Below are positions 46,994 to 56,255 of a DNA stretch of 64,000 bases, piece after piece. The stretch's first letter is position 1; every line of letters starts with the position of its first letter. The notes under the pieces were generated by a model. The model ran no database searches. It saw only the letters and a program-made list of their open reading frames with translations, and had not been told where the DNA came from. A program made the translations under genes and the position numbers. The stretch comes from Myxococcales bacterium (GTDB lineage Bacteria > Myxococcota_A > Polyangia > Polyangiales > Houyiibacteriaceae): the NCBI GenBank assembly GCA_024640845.1, contig JAHEEE010000004.1, positions 14,567 to 78,566 on the forward strand, written 5' to 3'.

Positions 46994-48382
46994 CTACGAC
47001 CCAGGACCGACGAACGGCGCTTCGACGAGGCGGGTACCCTTGCGGCCCTCGTTCCCTTCCATCGAGATCGAGAGCCGAATCTTGATGCCGCGCTTCATTT
47101 GCTCGGCGGGCAACTGGGCGAGTATTGGAAGATATGTGCTGCCTAGCGAGTCGAGCTCGATGCGCGTCTGCGGAATGATGTACTCGATGCCGCTTTCGGT
47201 CTCGGGTGTGACGACGAACGTCTGCCGTTCCGAGGTCTTGTTGATCAGGTGTACGCGCACGGCGTTCCGCACCTGTCCATCGATGACGGAGAACGGGGCC
47301 CCTTCGAGGCGTAAAACGTTGGTCTCGAACTGCGAGCTTTGTGCGAACGCAAACGCGGCGCCGATGAGCCACAATGTCGCGATACCGCCGTAGAAGAACA
47401 AGCGCGGGCGTCCCAAGTGCTTCGCCTTGCCCTCGAGTCCGTTGAGCGAGTCGTAGCGGACGAGACCCTTGTCCCGCCCGACTTTCTCCATGATCTCGTC
47501 GCAGGCGTCGACACATGCGGCACAGCCAATGCACTCCATTTGCAGGCCGTTTCGAATGTCGATGCCTGTCGGGCACACGACCACGCAGCGTTTGCAGTCG
47601 ATGCAGTCGCCGTTGCTAGGGTCACTTGCTTTGCCGCGGGGCTCGCCGCGGTTGAAGTCGTAGCCGATCACCATGGTGTCGCGGTCGGTCATCGCTGACT
47701 GAAGGCGGCCGTAGGGGCAGATGATCAGGCAGAGCTGCTCACGGAACCACGCGAAGTTGAACCAGAGGATACCGGACATCACGATCACCCAGGTGAACGC
47801 GGTCGGGTGCTCGGCGGGGCTTCGCTGCACCATGTCGACGACCGAGGGCAGGGAAACGAAGTAGCTGATGAATACGTGCGAGAGGAGAAGCGCGAGCACG
47901 ATGTAGATCGCGTGCTTGAGGGTCTTGCGCCAAACCTTGTCGAAAGTGACTCCTGCGGCATTCCTGCGAAGACGCTGCGCGCGCGGGCCCTCGATCCAGC
48001 GTTCGACGCGACGAAACACCCCTTCGAGGAAGACGGTTTGGGGGCATGCATAACCGCACCAAAGGCGGCCTTTGATGGCGGTGACGATCAAGAGCGAGAG
48101 GCCGACACCGCTCAAGAGGAAGAACATGAGCCAAAAGTCCTGCGCGTTGAACACGCTGCCGAACAAGTAGAAACGGCGGTTCACGATGTCCATGAACACC
48201 GCGGGATGGCCTCCGATCTTCACGAAGGGCAGCACGACGTAGATTGCGATCAGTGCGGCGAAGAAGATGTAACGGAGTCGCGTGAAGCGGCCATGCACAT
48301 CTGCGGGATGGACGTAGTTACGGCTGCCATCGGACCGAAGAGAGCTAGCGTGTTCCCCGACGACTGGCAGTTTCGAGCTCAT
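46994..48382 (-). CDS. ccoG: cbb3 oxidase accessory protein CcoG/FixG (polyferredoxin)
   Basis: Contains the motifs 'CGYACPQTVF', 'CIDCKRCVVVCPTGIDIRNG' and 'ECIGCAACVDAC'. Confidence 0.9.
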   Translation of the reverse strand: MSSKLPVVGEHASSLRSDGSRNYVHPADVHGRFTRLRYIFFAALIAIYVVLPFVKIGGHPAVFMDIVNRRFYLFGSVFNAQDFWLMFFLLSGVGLSLLIVTAIKGRLWCGYACPQTVFLEGVFRRVERWIEGPRAQRLRRNAAGVTFDKVWRKTLKHAIYIVLALLLSHVFISYFVSLPSVVDMVQRSPAEHPTAFTWVIVMSGILWFNFAWFREQLCLIICPYGRLQSAMTDRDTMVIGYDFNRGEPRGKASDPSNGDCIDCKRCVVVCPTGIDIRNGLQMECIGCAACVDACDEIMEKVGRDKGLVRYDSLNGLEGKAKHLGRPRLFFYGGIATLWLIGAAFAFAQSSQFETNVLRLEGAPFSVIDGQVRNAVRVHLINKTSERQTFVVTPETESGIEYIIPQTRIELDSLGSTYLPILAQLPAEQMKRGIKIRLSISMEGNEGRKGTRLVEAPFVGPGS

Positions 48383-48406
48383 AGTGCCCCCTTTAGGGCC
48401 AAGGGC

Positions 48407-48994
48407 CTATTCGGCAACCTGGCCGTCGGGCTTCCAAACCACTGCGTTCTCCTCGACGGGCTTGCCCCCTTCGAGGTTGGTGTTTCGCAGCGTCAGAACA
48501 TACGCAGTCACTTGGCTCACACCCTCTTCACCGAGAATGGGTCCCCAGGGAGTCATGCCTTTCTCCGGCACGCCATTCGTAACCGTCGCGTAAATGTCGC
48601 TCGGTGCGCCGCCGTGGATCCAGTATTCATCGGTGAGGTTCGAGCCGAGGCCCACCCGGCCCTGGCCTTGGTCATGGCACGCATAGCATTGCGTCGTGAA
48701 GATCTTCTTGCCCGCCTCGACGGCAGCTTCGTCATCCATCAAAGCGATGAGGGACTCGTCGGTGACGACGCTGCGTTCGGAGGCGGCGGCGGCCATCTGT
48801 TCGGCATACACCTCCGGCTGGAGCTTCCCGATCCCATATTCGTGGTAATAGAACCAATATACCAGCCCGAAGGCGATCGCTCCGTAGAACGTGAGCAGCC
48901 ACCAAGTCGGAAGGTTGTTGTCGGCTTCCTCGATATCGTCATAGACGTGGAGGATTTCGCCTTGGATTTCATCGGTTCGCTTGCCCTCACTCAT
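48407..48994 (-). CDS. ccoP: cbb3 oxidase subunit III CcoP, short monohaem form
   Basis: Has a FixP_N-like N-terminus ('NLPTWWLLTFYGAIAFGLVYW') and a single CxxCH ('CYACHD'). At 195 aa it is shorter than the usual dihaem ~300 aa. Confidence 0.8.
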   Translation of the reverse strand: MSEGKRTDEIQGEILHVYDDIEEADNNLPTWWLLTFYGAIAFGLVYWFYYHEYGIGKLQPEVYAEQMAAAASERSVVTDESLIALMDDEAAVEAGKKIFTTQCYACHDQGQGRVGLGSNLTDEYWIHGGAPSDIYATVTNGVPEKGMTPWGPILGEEGVSQVTAYVLTLRNTNLEGGKPVEENAVVWKPDGQVAE

Positions 48995-49172
48995 GGGGTA
49001 CCTCCAACTCCTCTTCGAGGGGAATGCGTGCGTTGTGATCCGCCTCGGCTGCGCTCATCCGCATCACGCGAACGACTACGACTAGAAACACGGTGAAAAA
49101 CAGAAGCAGCGCGATGACTGGGTAGAGCAACGCGGGGCTCTGCGCGAAGAACTCTGAAGCAAACCGGCTCAT
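48987..49172 (-). CDS. ccoQ: CcoQ/FixQ-like small membrane subunit
   Basis: 61 aa with a single TM segment ('[20 protein letters not shown]'). It lies between ccoNO and ccoP, with ATGA overlap to the ccoNO stop. Confidence 0.55.
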   Translation of the reverse strand: MSRFASEFFAQSPALLYPVIALLLFFTVFLVVVVRVMRMSAAEADHNARIPLEEELEVPHE

Positions 49173-51511
49173 TGCCCTGCCTCCTCTCCTGCCGCAGCGA
49201 GCGCCTCGCCTTCGGGCACTTTGCCCAAACGTTGCAGGTACGCGATCAGCGCGACCAGGCGGCTGTTGACGACCAACTCGCAGCCTTCGATTTCCGCCTC
49301 GCACACTTTCACGCCCGCTTGCTCGGCTAAGCCTGCCGCGATTCCGGCGGCGGCAGTCTGAGCGTCCTGTTCGGACGTTTGAATCTGCTCGGGCTTATAC
49401 GGGACACCGACGTTTCTCAGGGCCCGCATCTTCGCGGCGGTGCCCGAAAAGTCGACGGTCCACGTCGCGAGGTGCGGGTAGGGCGGCATGTTGGAACCAG
49501 GCGAGATCTCGCGAGGGTCGATCATGTGTTTGTAGTGCCAGACATCGGCGTACTTGCCGCCGACACGCGCCAAGTCCGGACCGATGCGGCGAGAGCCCCA
49601 CTGGAACGGATGGTCGAAGATCGAGTCGTCGATCGTAGAAACGGCGCCATAGCGCGCGGTCTCCCAGGTGAACGGTCGAATCATCTGCGAGTGGCAGGTG
49701 TAGCAACCTTCGCTGATGAAGACGTCCCTGCCTTCGAGCTCGAGCGGGGTGTAGGGCACGTTCTTGGTAGTTCGAATCGACTCGGGCACCGAGATGACCA
49801 TCGGGATGATCTCTGCAACGCCGCCGACCAGGATGCCGATCGTTACGAGTACCGTGAAGACGCCTGCACGACCTTCGAGCACGCTGTGCCATGGGATTTT
49901 CTCACTGCCTCGGTCACGAATCATGATGGCGATCGCTGCGACGGCCCACATGATGGCGAAGAGCGCGAGGACCGTGCTGATCAAGCCGTCGAAGAGCACC
50001 ATGCCAAACAGAAGCGCCATCACGATGATGGACGCCATCACCGGTTGGCCGAAGAGGAGCTTCGGCCACGGCACCTCGCGGGTGCGTGGCTCGGTGACGA
50101 CAGCAACCTCGATCTCGCCGTCGACCGCCGCGCCGCTGCGGGCGGTCGCGATGAGGTTCCAGGCCATCAGGATGATCCCCGCGAAGTAGAGGAGCCCGGA
50201 GATGAGACGGGCCCAGTACATCGGTCGAATCGCGAGATAGGTCTCGACGAAGTTCGGGTAGAGCAACCCGCCGGTCTCGCTGACCGCGCGCCACATCAAG
50301 CCTTGCGTGATGCCCGCGACCCACATCGAGATCGCGTAGATAAGAATTCCAACTGTCGCGATCCAGAAGTGGAAGTTAGCGGCCCCACGCGAGTGAAGCT
50401 TCGTTCCGTACAGCCTCGGCACCAGCCAGTAGAACATGCCGGCGGCCATCAGACCGTTCCAGCCCAAGGCGCCGCTGTGCACGTGACCGATGATCCAGTC
50501 CGTGTAGTGTGCGAGGCCACTGACGCTCTTGATTGAAAGCAGCGGGCCCTCGAAGGTGCTCATGCCATAGAAGGTGACGCCTGCCGCGAAGAACTTCAGG
50601 ACTGGGTCGGCGCGGAGCTTGTCCCACGCGCCGCGCAGCGTGAGTAGGCCGTTCAGCATGCCGCCCCAGCTCGGGGCCCACAGCATCAAGCTGAAGACCA
50701 TGCCGAGGCTCTGCGCCCAGTCGGGCAGTGCTGTGTAGAGCAAGTGGTGAGGGCCGGCCCAGATGTAGATGAAGACCAAGCCCCAGAAGTGAACGATCGA
50801 GAGGCGGTACGAGAAGACGGGGCGTTCGGCCGCCTTCGGAAGGAAGTAGTACATGATGCCGAGGATTGGCGTAGTGAGGAAGAAGGCGACGGCATTGTGG
50901 CCGTACCACCATTGGACGAGTGCATCCTGGACGCCGGCGAAGACCGAGTAGCTCTTCAGCATCGTCACCGGGATCTCGAAGCTGTTCACGATGTGGAGGA
51001 CGGCCACCGTGATGATCGTCGCGATGTAGAACCAGATCGCGACGTAAAGGTGCTTCTCGCGCCGTTTCGCGAGGGTCCAGAAAAAGTTCACCGCGAAGAC
51101 GACCCATATCAGGGCGATCGCAATGTCGATCGGCCACTCGAGCTCGGCGTATTCCTTCGAGGTCGTGATGCCGAGCGGAAGAGTGATCGCCGCGGATACG
51201 ATGATGAGCTGCCAACCCCAGAAGTGGATCGAGGACAAGATGTCGGAAGCTAAACGTGCTTTCACCAATCTCTGCGTCGAGTAGTAGACACCCGCAAACA
51301 ACATGTTGCCGACGAACGCGAAGATGACCGCATTGGTGTGCAACGGCCTCAGGCGACCGAACGACAAGAACGGCGGCAAGTTCGCCGGCCAGAACGCCAA
51401 CTGCAGGGCGATGATGATGCCCACCAGCATGCCGACGATGCCGAACAGCACCGACGCCCAAATGAACTGGCGGACGACTTTGTCGTTATAAACGATCCGC
51501 TGAGTTTCCAT
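49169..51511 (-). CDS. ccoNO: Fused cbb3 oxidase subunits I+II (CcoN-CcoO)
   Basis: 780 aa. The N-terminal ~480 aa is a haem-copper oxidase subunit I of cbb3 type. The C-terminal part carries the CcoO haem-c site '[12 protein letters not shown]' after a TM segment. Confidence 0.9.
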   Translation of the reverse strand: METQRIVYNDKVVRQFIWASVLFGIVGMLVGIIIALQLAFWPANLPPFLSFGRLRPLHTNAVIFAFVGNMLFAGVYYSTQRLVKARLASDILSSIHFWGWQLIIVSAAITLPLGITTSKEYAELEWPIDIAIALIWVVFAVNFFWTLAKRREKHLYVAIWFYIATIITVAVLHIVNSFEIPVTMLKSYSVFAGVQDALVQWWYGHNAVAFFLTTPILGIMYYFLPKAAERPVFSYRLSIVHFWGLVFIYIWAGPHHLLYTALPDWAQSLGMVFSLMLWAPSWGGMLNGLLTLRGAWDKLRADPVLKFFAAGVTFYGMSTFEGPLLSIKSVSGLAHYTDWIIGHVHSGALGWNGLMAAGMFYWLVPRLYGTKLHSRGAANFHFWIATVGILIYAISMWVAGITQGLMWRAVSETGGLLYPNFVETYLAIRPMYWARLISGLLYFAGIILMAWNLIATARSGAAVDGEIEVAVVTEPRTREVPWPKLLFGQPVMASIIVMALLFGMVLFDGLISTVLALFAIMWAVAAIAIMIRDRGSEKIPWHSVLEGRAGVFTVLVTIGILVGGVAEIIPMVISVPESIRTTKNVPYTPLELEGRDVFISEGCYTCHSQMIRPFTWETARYGAVSTIDDSIFDHPFQWGSRRIGPDLARVGGKYADVWHYKHMIDPREISPGSNMPPYPHLATWTVDFSGTAAKMRALRNVGVPYKPEQIQTSEQDAQTAAAGIAAGLAEQAGVKVCEAEIEGCELVVNSRLVALIAYLQRLGKVPEGEALAAAGEEAGQ

Positions 51512-51686
51512 ACTCGTCCTCTTCCCTCTCCGTCGTTGGGGTCACCGGCTTTTCATCGTCAAGCGGCAGCAAAGCAAGGCGATCGGCCTGATCGAACGTG
51601 CCTTGCCGTACGGTCCACGCGAAGAACGCCACGGCGACGCCAACCAATACTACGCAAACGAAAATCAGTAAGATCAAGATCTCCAT
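51486..51686 (-). CDS. ccoS: cbb3 oxidase maturation protein CcoS/FixS
   Basis: '[33 protein letters not shown]' gives the typical CcoS size and sequence. Confidence 0.75.
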   Translation of the reverse strand: MEILILLIFVCVVLVGVAVAFFAWTVRQGTFDQADRLALLPLDDEKPVTPTTEREEDEYGNSADRL

Positions 51687-54082
51687 GGGCGCCCTCGTCG
51701 CGACAGCATCATCACCGTATACGCGAGCGTGATGAGTGAGCTGAGCGGCATTAGCACAGCTGCGACCCATGGTTTCATCAAACCCGCCATGGCGATCGAT
51801 ACAGCGACCAGATTGTATGCGATTGCAAACGCGAGTATGCGACGCACCACGTGCGCCAGCGAATCCGAGGCGCGCAAGACTTGCGCCACTGGGTGCAAGC
51901 CTGGGGACACGAAGTAGAAGTCACATCGCGAGGCCATGAACGGTCGATCGACTGCAGGAGTACCCGAACAAGCCGCCTCTCTCATCGCGACTTGGTCGTT
52001 CAAGCCATCGCCCACCAGCAAAGTCCGTGCCGGATCGTGCTCACGCACATACGCGGCCTTTTGTTCAGGGCTCTTCCCGCCGATACACCTGCTCTCGGGC
52101 ATGCCGAGGCTGGCGCCGAGGGTCGTCACACGCTGCTGCCCATCCCCACTGAGGATCGCGAGCTCGTACCCCCGCTGCTCGAGCTTGTCGATTTCGTCGC
52201 GAGCGCCGGGTCGAAGCTGCTCATCGGTGGTGATGCTCGCGAGCACTTTCCCATTCGCAGAGAAGACGACGTCGCCGTCGCTCCTTGCGGGGCCCGCCGC
52301 CCACTCCGGCGCGCCGAGCCGGTAGTCGATGTCGGCCCGCCGGGCCGAGATCCCATAGCCGGTGTGCTCTTCGGCCTCGATCTCGGCGAAGCGCGCGGCG
52401 GGATGCCCTTCGAGCGCGCGCCGAACGGCGACGCTCTTCGGGTGCGCGCTGCGGGCCGCCATGTTGTAGACGACGGCAATCTCCGCGTCCGCGAGGCGTC
52501 TCAACGGGGCCGGATCGACCACCTCGAGGACCCCGGTCGTCAACGTTCCCGTCTTGTCGAACACGATCCGGGTCATCGAGCGGACCCGGTCGAGAAAATC
52601 GCCTACGCGCACGAAGATGCCAAGGCGTCGGAGCTGGGTGAGGACCAGCTCGTACGCGAGCGGAGCGGCGATGCCGAATGCGCAGGGGCAGGTCACCACG
52701 AGGACCGCGGTGCCGACCTCGATTGCGCGGAGCGGCTCGCCGCTTCGCCACCACCAGAAGCCGATCGCGGCGCTCGCCAGCGTAATGACGCCGACGACGT
52801 AATAGCGTGAGAGCCGCGACCACCACTCGGACGCCAAGGGTCCGTCTCCTTTGTTCGCCGGGTCACTCCCGAGGAGGCCCACCAATGACGAAGCCGCAAA
52901 GTCGCTCAATGCAACCCCGGAGAACGCGCGTTCGCCGACGTTGAAAGCGCCGGCTGGGATGGTGTCGCCCCCCTCGAATCTTCGCGGTCGGCTCTCTCCG
53001 TCGATCCAGTCGAGCGAGCAGCGCACCGTGTCGTCGACGACCCGAAGATCGACGGGCACGAGATCCCCGGGTGCGATCAGCAAGCGATCCCCATTGCGGA
53101 TTCCGATGCAATGCACGATGCGAACGACGCCGTCCTTCACCTCGCGCGTGAGCAGGCTTTCGGTGCCGTCATCCGCGAGCAGCTGGGCGCGGTTGCGTTC
53201 GAGCATGCGCTGCTGGAGCCAACGGCCGACCAACATCAGCGCGACGAACACGGTCAGCGTGTCGATGTAGGCCGCTTCTCCCGAAGCGAAGAAGAACGAC
53301 CACGTCGAGCCGATGAAGGCGAGAACGATGCCGAGCGCGATGGGCACGTCGAGGTGCAGGATGCCCCGCCGAACTGCACGCGCGGCCGAGCCGATGAAGA
53401 CCGACCCGCCCACCAGCACCGCGAGCACGCCGGCGGCATAGCTCAAGTCGTTGAGGATCTCGTAGACGGGCCCCTCGCGAAGGCCGAGATAGATTGCGGC
53501 GGCGAACAGCATGACGTTCATGGCGAGCGCGGCGCAGATGCCGACGCGCAACAGAAGGTCGTCAGAAGGGCGCGCGCCTGTCGAACGGGCGGGGCCGAGC
53601 AGGTAGCCAAGGCCCTCGACCGAATCGACCCAATCGGAGAGCGGGAACTCTGGCGGGATGCGGAGCTCGATGCGGCCGAGCGCCGGGTTGATGGTCATGA
53701 GCCCGGCCTGCGCCCCCCCTTGGCGGCGAAACAGCTCCTCGACGAGCCAAACGCAGGCTGCGCAGTGGATCCCCTGGATGTCCAGCTCGACGCGAGAGAG
53801 ACCTCGTTCGTGGGCCCGCGCCTCCTCGATCAGCTCGAGCCACTTGTGATCGATGTGACGCGCATCGAGATCGGCAGGCGGAAGACCGGGGCCACTTCGC
53901 AGGTCGTAGTAGCGCGTCAGCCCGGCTTTGTTGAGGATGGCGTGCACCGCCCGGCACCCGCGGCAGCAGTACGGGGCGAATGCGTCGCTGACCAGCGGTT
54001 GCGCGCAGTGCACACAACGCGAGCCGGCGTGGAGTGGTTCCCCGAGCGTGGTCTCACAGACAGCGGGTTGAGGAGCGGTCAC
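51674..54082 (-). CDS. ccoI: Copper-translocating P1B-type ATPase (CcoI/FixI-like)
   Basis: Contains 'DKTGTLT', a 'CPC' TM motif, an N-terminal Cys-rich region, and an HMA-like motif 'HCAACV'. It sits within the cco cluster. Confidence 0.9.
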   Translation of the reverse strand: MTAPQPAVCETTLGEPLHAGSRCVHCAQPLVSDAFAPYCCRGCRAVHAILNKAGLTRYYDLRSGPGLPPADLDARHIDHKWLELIEEARAHERGLSRVELDIQGIHCAACVWLVEELFRRQGGAQAGLMTINPALGRIELRIPPEFPLSDWVDSVEGLGYLLGPARSTGARPSDDLLLRVGICAALAMNVMLFAAAIYLGLREGPVYEILNDLSYAAGVLAVLVGGSVFIGSAARAVRRGILHLDVPIALGIVLAFIGSTWSFFFASGEAAYIDTLTVFVALMLVGRWLQQRMLERNRAQLLADDGTESLLTREVKDGVVRIVHCIGIRNGDRLLIAPGDLVPVDLRVVDDTVRCSLDWIDGESRPRRFEGGDTIPAGAFNVGERAFSGVALSDFAASSLVGLLGSDPANKGDGPLASEWWSRLSRYYVVGVITLASAAIGFWWWRSGEPLRAIEVGTAVLVVTCPCAFGIAAPLAYELVLTQLRRLGIFVRVGDFLDRVRSMTRIVFDKTGTLTTGVLEVVDPAPLRRLADAEIAVVYNMAARSAHPKSVAVRRALEGHPAARFAEIEAEEHTGYGISARRADIDYRLGAPEWAAGPARSDGDVVFSANGKVLASITTDEQLRPGARDEIDKLEQRGYELAILSGDGQQRVTTLGASLGMPESRCIGGKSPEQKAAYVREHDPARTLLVGDGLNDQVAMREAACSGTPAVDRPFMASRCDFYFVSPGLHPVAQVLRASDSLAHVVRRILAFAIAYNLVAVSIAMAGLMKPWVAAVLMPLSSLITLAYTVMMLSRRGRPWRS

Positions 54083-54816
54083 GGTGTATGCTGATGGTGT
54101 TCGTGTGCGGCCCCGGCATCGGACGCAGAGCCCTCCTCAGAAGGACCGTGGCATGCTGCCGTGTCGCCGTGGCGCAGCGCGTGAACCGGTCGAATGACGA
54201 ACATGACGGCGCCGAGCGCGAGCACGACTGCGAGAATGCGGGAGGTCGTAGGTCGCGGGCGGCGCGAGAAGCGCTCGAACAGCCACGCCGCCCCGACCAA
54301 GCCGACGCCGCTCACCATGGCGAATGCCAACATGCTCAGAGCGCCGGCCGTGGCGGCCCCAGTCGATGCGGCGATGAGAACCGCGGCTGCGAGCGCCCCG
54401 CAGGGGAGCAGCGCCGTGCCGAGCCCCACGAAGAACGGATGGCGTCCGAGCGCGCGAACCACGTTGGACCCGGTCGACTTCGAAGCCGCTTCCTCTTTGG
54501 TACGCAGCGAGACCAAGGCTTGGTCGGGGCGTCGCCACAAGCGAAACGCGGCCAGACCCAAACCGAGCGCAAGCGACCAGCTCAGAAGCGCGCTGCCCCA
54601 TGCGCCTGGCAAGCTCACCGCTGTCGCGCCGCCCACCGCGCCCGCGGTCCCACCGAGGACGGAGTAACTGATGAAGCGTCCGAGCTGATAGCGGCCTTGA
54701 CCCAGTGCTCCTGGGCTTCCGCTGCATGCATAGGCCGCCAAAGGGCCGCACATCGCAGTGCAATGCGGAACCGATGCGAGGCCTGCGGCAGCCCCGGCAA
54801 TTACAGCCGTCCACAT
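54079..54816 (-). CDS. DsbD_2 / TauE-SafE-like membrane protein (HCxxMCGP motif)
   Basis: 245 aa and multi-TM, with 'VPHCTAMCGPLAAYAC'. Its stop overlaps the ccoI start. Proteins of this kind commonly accompany ccoI/ccoS. Confidence 0.65.
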   Translation of the reverse strand: MWTAVIAGAAAGLASVPHCTAMCGPLAAYACSGSPGALGQGRYQLGRFISYSVLGGTAGAVGGATAVSLPGAWGSALLSWSLALGLGLAAFRLWRRPDQALVSLRTKEEAASKSTGSNVVRALGRHPFFVGLGTALLPCGALAAAVLIAASTGAATAGALSMLAFAMVSGVGLVGAAWLFERFSRRPRPTTSRILAVVLALGAVMFVIRPVHALRHGDTAACHGPSEEGSASDAGAAHEHHQHTP

Positions 54817-54853
54817 ACGGCCTCGTTAGGGTCAGTCATCCAGCCTGTCACCA

Positions 54854-54869
54854 CGCAACCCATATGCCA
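54854..54869 (-). promoter_or_regulatory. Sigma-54 (-24/-12) promoter for the cco operon
   Basis: The minus strand reads TGGCATATGGGTTGCG (TGGCAT-N5-TTGC). It lies 38 nt upstream of the ATG at 54816. Confidence 0.65.
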
Positions 54870-54900
54870 CGGGTTCTTGGGTCTCCCTTATACTCGAAGA

Positions 54901-54913
54901 CGCATATTTTGCG
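54901..54913. promoter_or_regulatory. UAS candidate CGCA-N5-TGCG
   Basis: gaCGCAtatttTGCGcg, centred 39 bp upstream of the minus-strand -24 GG, in a divergent intergenic region. Confidence 0.55.
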
Positions 54914-54981
54914 CGACACTCCCCGAAGCACCGCGAAAATGCCGTGGATCGCGGCCCGGCGGGTGCTATCCCCAGGGGGCG

Positions 54982-55830
54982 ATGGCAACCGAACGCCGCA
55001 TGATCCCGCGCGAACACGGCGCCTACGCGGAGCTTCTCTTCCCGATCGTCACGGTTTTCTTGGGTGGCTTGCCAACGATCTCAACCTGCTTGCTCGCGCT
55101 TGGCGCCATCGCTGCATTCCTCGCGAACGAGCCGCTGCTCGTGCTGGTCGGGCAACGTGGCACCCGGATAAAGCGCGACGAGGGCGACCGCGCCAATCGC
55201 GCGCTGCTGATTTTCGCAATCGTCGCGCTTGCATCCGGGCTTTCGGGCCTCGCCCTCGCCCCGCGGGCTGCGCAGGTTGCCGTGGTGCTGCCGCTATTGC
55301 TCGGTGGGACCCTGATCTTATTGGCGATTCAGGGGCTCGAGCGGAGCGTGTTCGGCGAAGCCCTGGCGGCCGCGGCATTATCTTCGGTGGCGGTGCCGCT
55401 AGGGCTTTCTGCCCACTTGGAGCTGACCGCTGTGCTTGCCGTCGCGTTGATTTGGGCGGTCAATGCGCTCCTCGGGACGTCAGTCGTTCGGCTGACGCTC
55501 GCGCGCACGAAGGCCAAGACCGCGGAGGAGACTGCGGCCGTGCACCTGAAGCGCACAGGCCTCATCCTGTTGTGCCTGGGGGTGATCGCGGTCGGCGTGG
55601 CCGCGCCGTTTGGCACCCGAGTCGGGCTCTGGGTGTTGGCGGCCGCTGTGCCCGCCGCCGTTGCTGTGCTCGTGATGGCCGCCCTTCGGCCAACGGCCCG
55701 CCGGCTCCGCCTGATGGGATGGAGCCTCGTTGGCGCCAACCTTCTTTCGCTGATTGCAGTGGTCACGACGCTAAGGATCATTCAGGATTTCAACGCGGTG
55801 GAACCGACCCTACCGTTTCCCATGTTCTAG
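54982..55830 (+). CDS. YwiC-like family membrane protein
   Basis: Starts 'MATERRMIPREHGAYAELLFP' (the family-typical P-x-EHGA-W/Y start) and has about 8 TM segments. The track ORF from 54034 is an antisense extension. Confidence 0.65.
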   Translation: MATERRMIPREHGAYAELLFPIVTVFLGGLPTISTCLLALGAIAAFLANEPLLVLVGQRGTRIKRDEGDRANRALLIFAIVALASGLSGLALAPRAAQVAVVLPLLLGGTLILLAIQGLERSVFGEALAAAALSSVAVPLGLSAHLELTAVLAVALIWAVNALLGTSVVRLTLARTKAKTAEETAAVHLKRTGLILLCLGVIAVGVAAPFGTRVGLWVLAAAVPAAVAVLVMAALRPTARRLRLMGWSLVGANLLSLIAVVTTLRIIQDFNAVEPTLPFPMF

Positions 55831-55841
55831 AGGAGAAGCTT

Positions 55842-56255
55842 GTGCTGGTAAAAGACATCATGACCGAAAACCCCGTGACCGCGACGGAGCTCATGACCGT
55901 AGCTGAGGCCCTCGGGTTGTTGTACGAGCTCGATGTTCGCCACCTCCCGGTGGTCCGCGGAAGCGAGCTCGCTGGAATCGTGAGCGACCGTGACCTTCGT
56001 GGCTTCACCGCGCCGAGCGAAGACGAGGCGATCGAAGCCATCGAGAGGGCACGAAGCTCGAACGTCGGCAACTTCATGAACACCGATCCCATTCGCGTCG
56101 ATCCGGAGACCAACGTTCGGGAGATCGTAGAGCTCATGCTCGTGCATCGCGTTGGCGCGATTCCCGTGTGCGACCTCGACACGGGCGACCTGCTCGGCAT
56201 CGTGAGCTATATCGACGTGTTGCGAGCGCTGCAGGAGACACTGGGACAGGCGTGA
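55842..56255 (+). CDS. CBS-pair domain protein
   Basis: GTG start preceded by AGGAG (55831-55835). Contains 'DVRHLPVV' and 'HRVGAIPVCD'. Confidence 0.8.
   Translation: MLVKDIMTENPVTATELMTVAEALGLLYELDVRHLPVVRGSELAGIVSDRDLRGFTAPSEDEAIEAIERARSSNVGNFMNTDPIRVDPETNVREIVELMLVHRVGAIPVCDLDTGDLLGIVSYIDVLRALQETLGQA

Noticed and set aside
54952-54967. CGGCCCGGCGGGTGCT as a sigma-54 promoter for the YwiC-like gene
   Set aside because: GG-N10-GC spacing is satisfied and the distance to the ATG (16 nt) resembles the other short-leader cases. However, the flanking bases match the consensus poorly, and GG-N10-GC is common by chance in GC-rich DNA. I kept it only as a weak possibility.
54034-56255. 598-aa and 516-aa plus-strand ORFs (also 31115-32728, 57600-59690 and 2753-3655) used at full length
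   Set aside because: Their 5' portions overlap or run antisense to better-supported genes. I trimmed them to internal starts that have RBS or overlap-coupling evidence and family-typical N-termini (54982, 55842, 31964, 59030, 3098).
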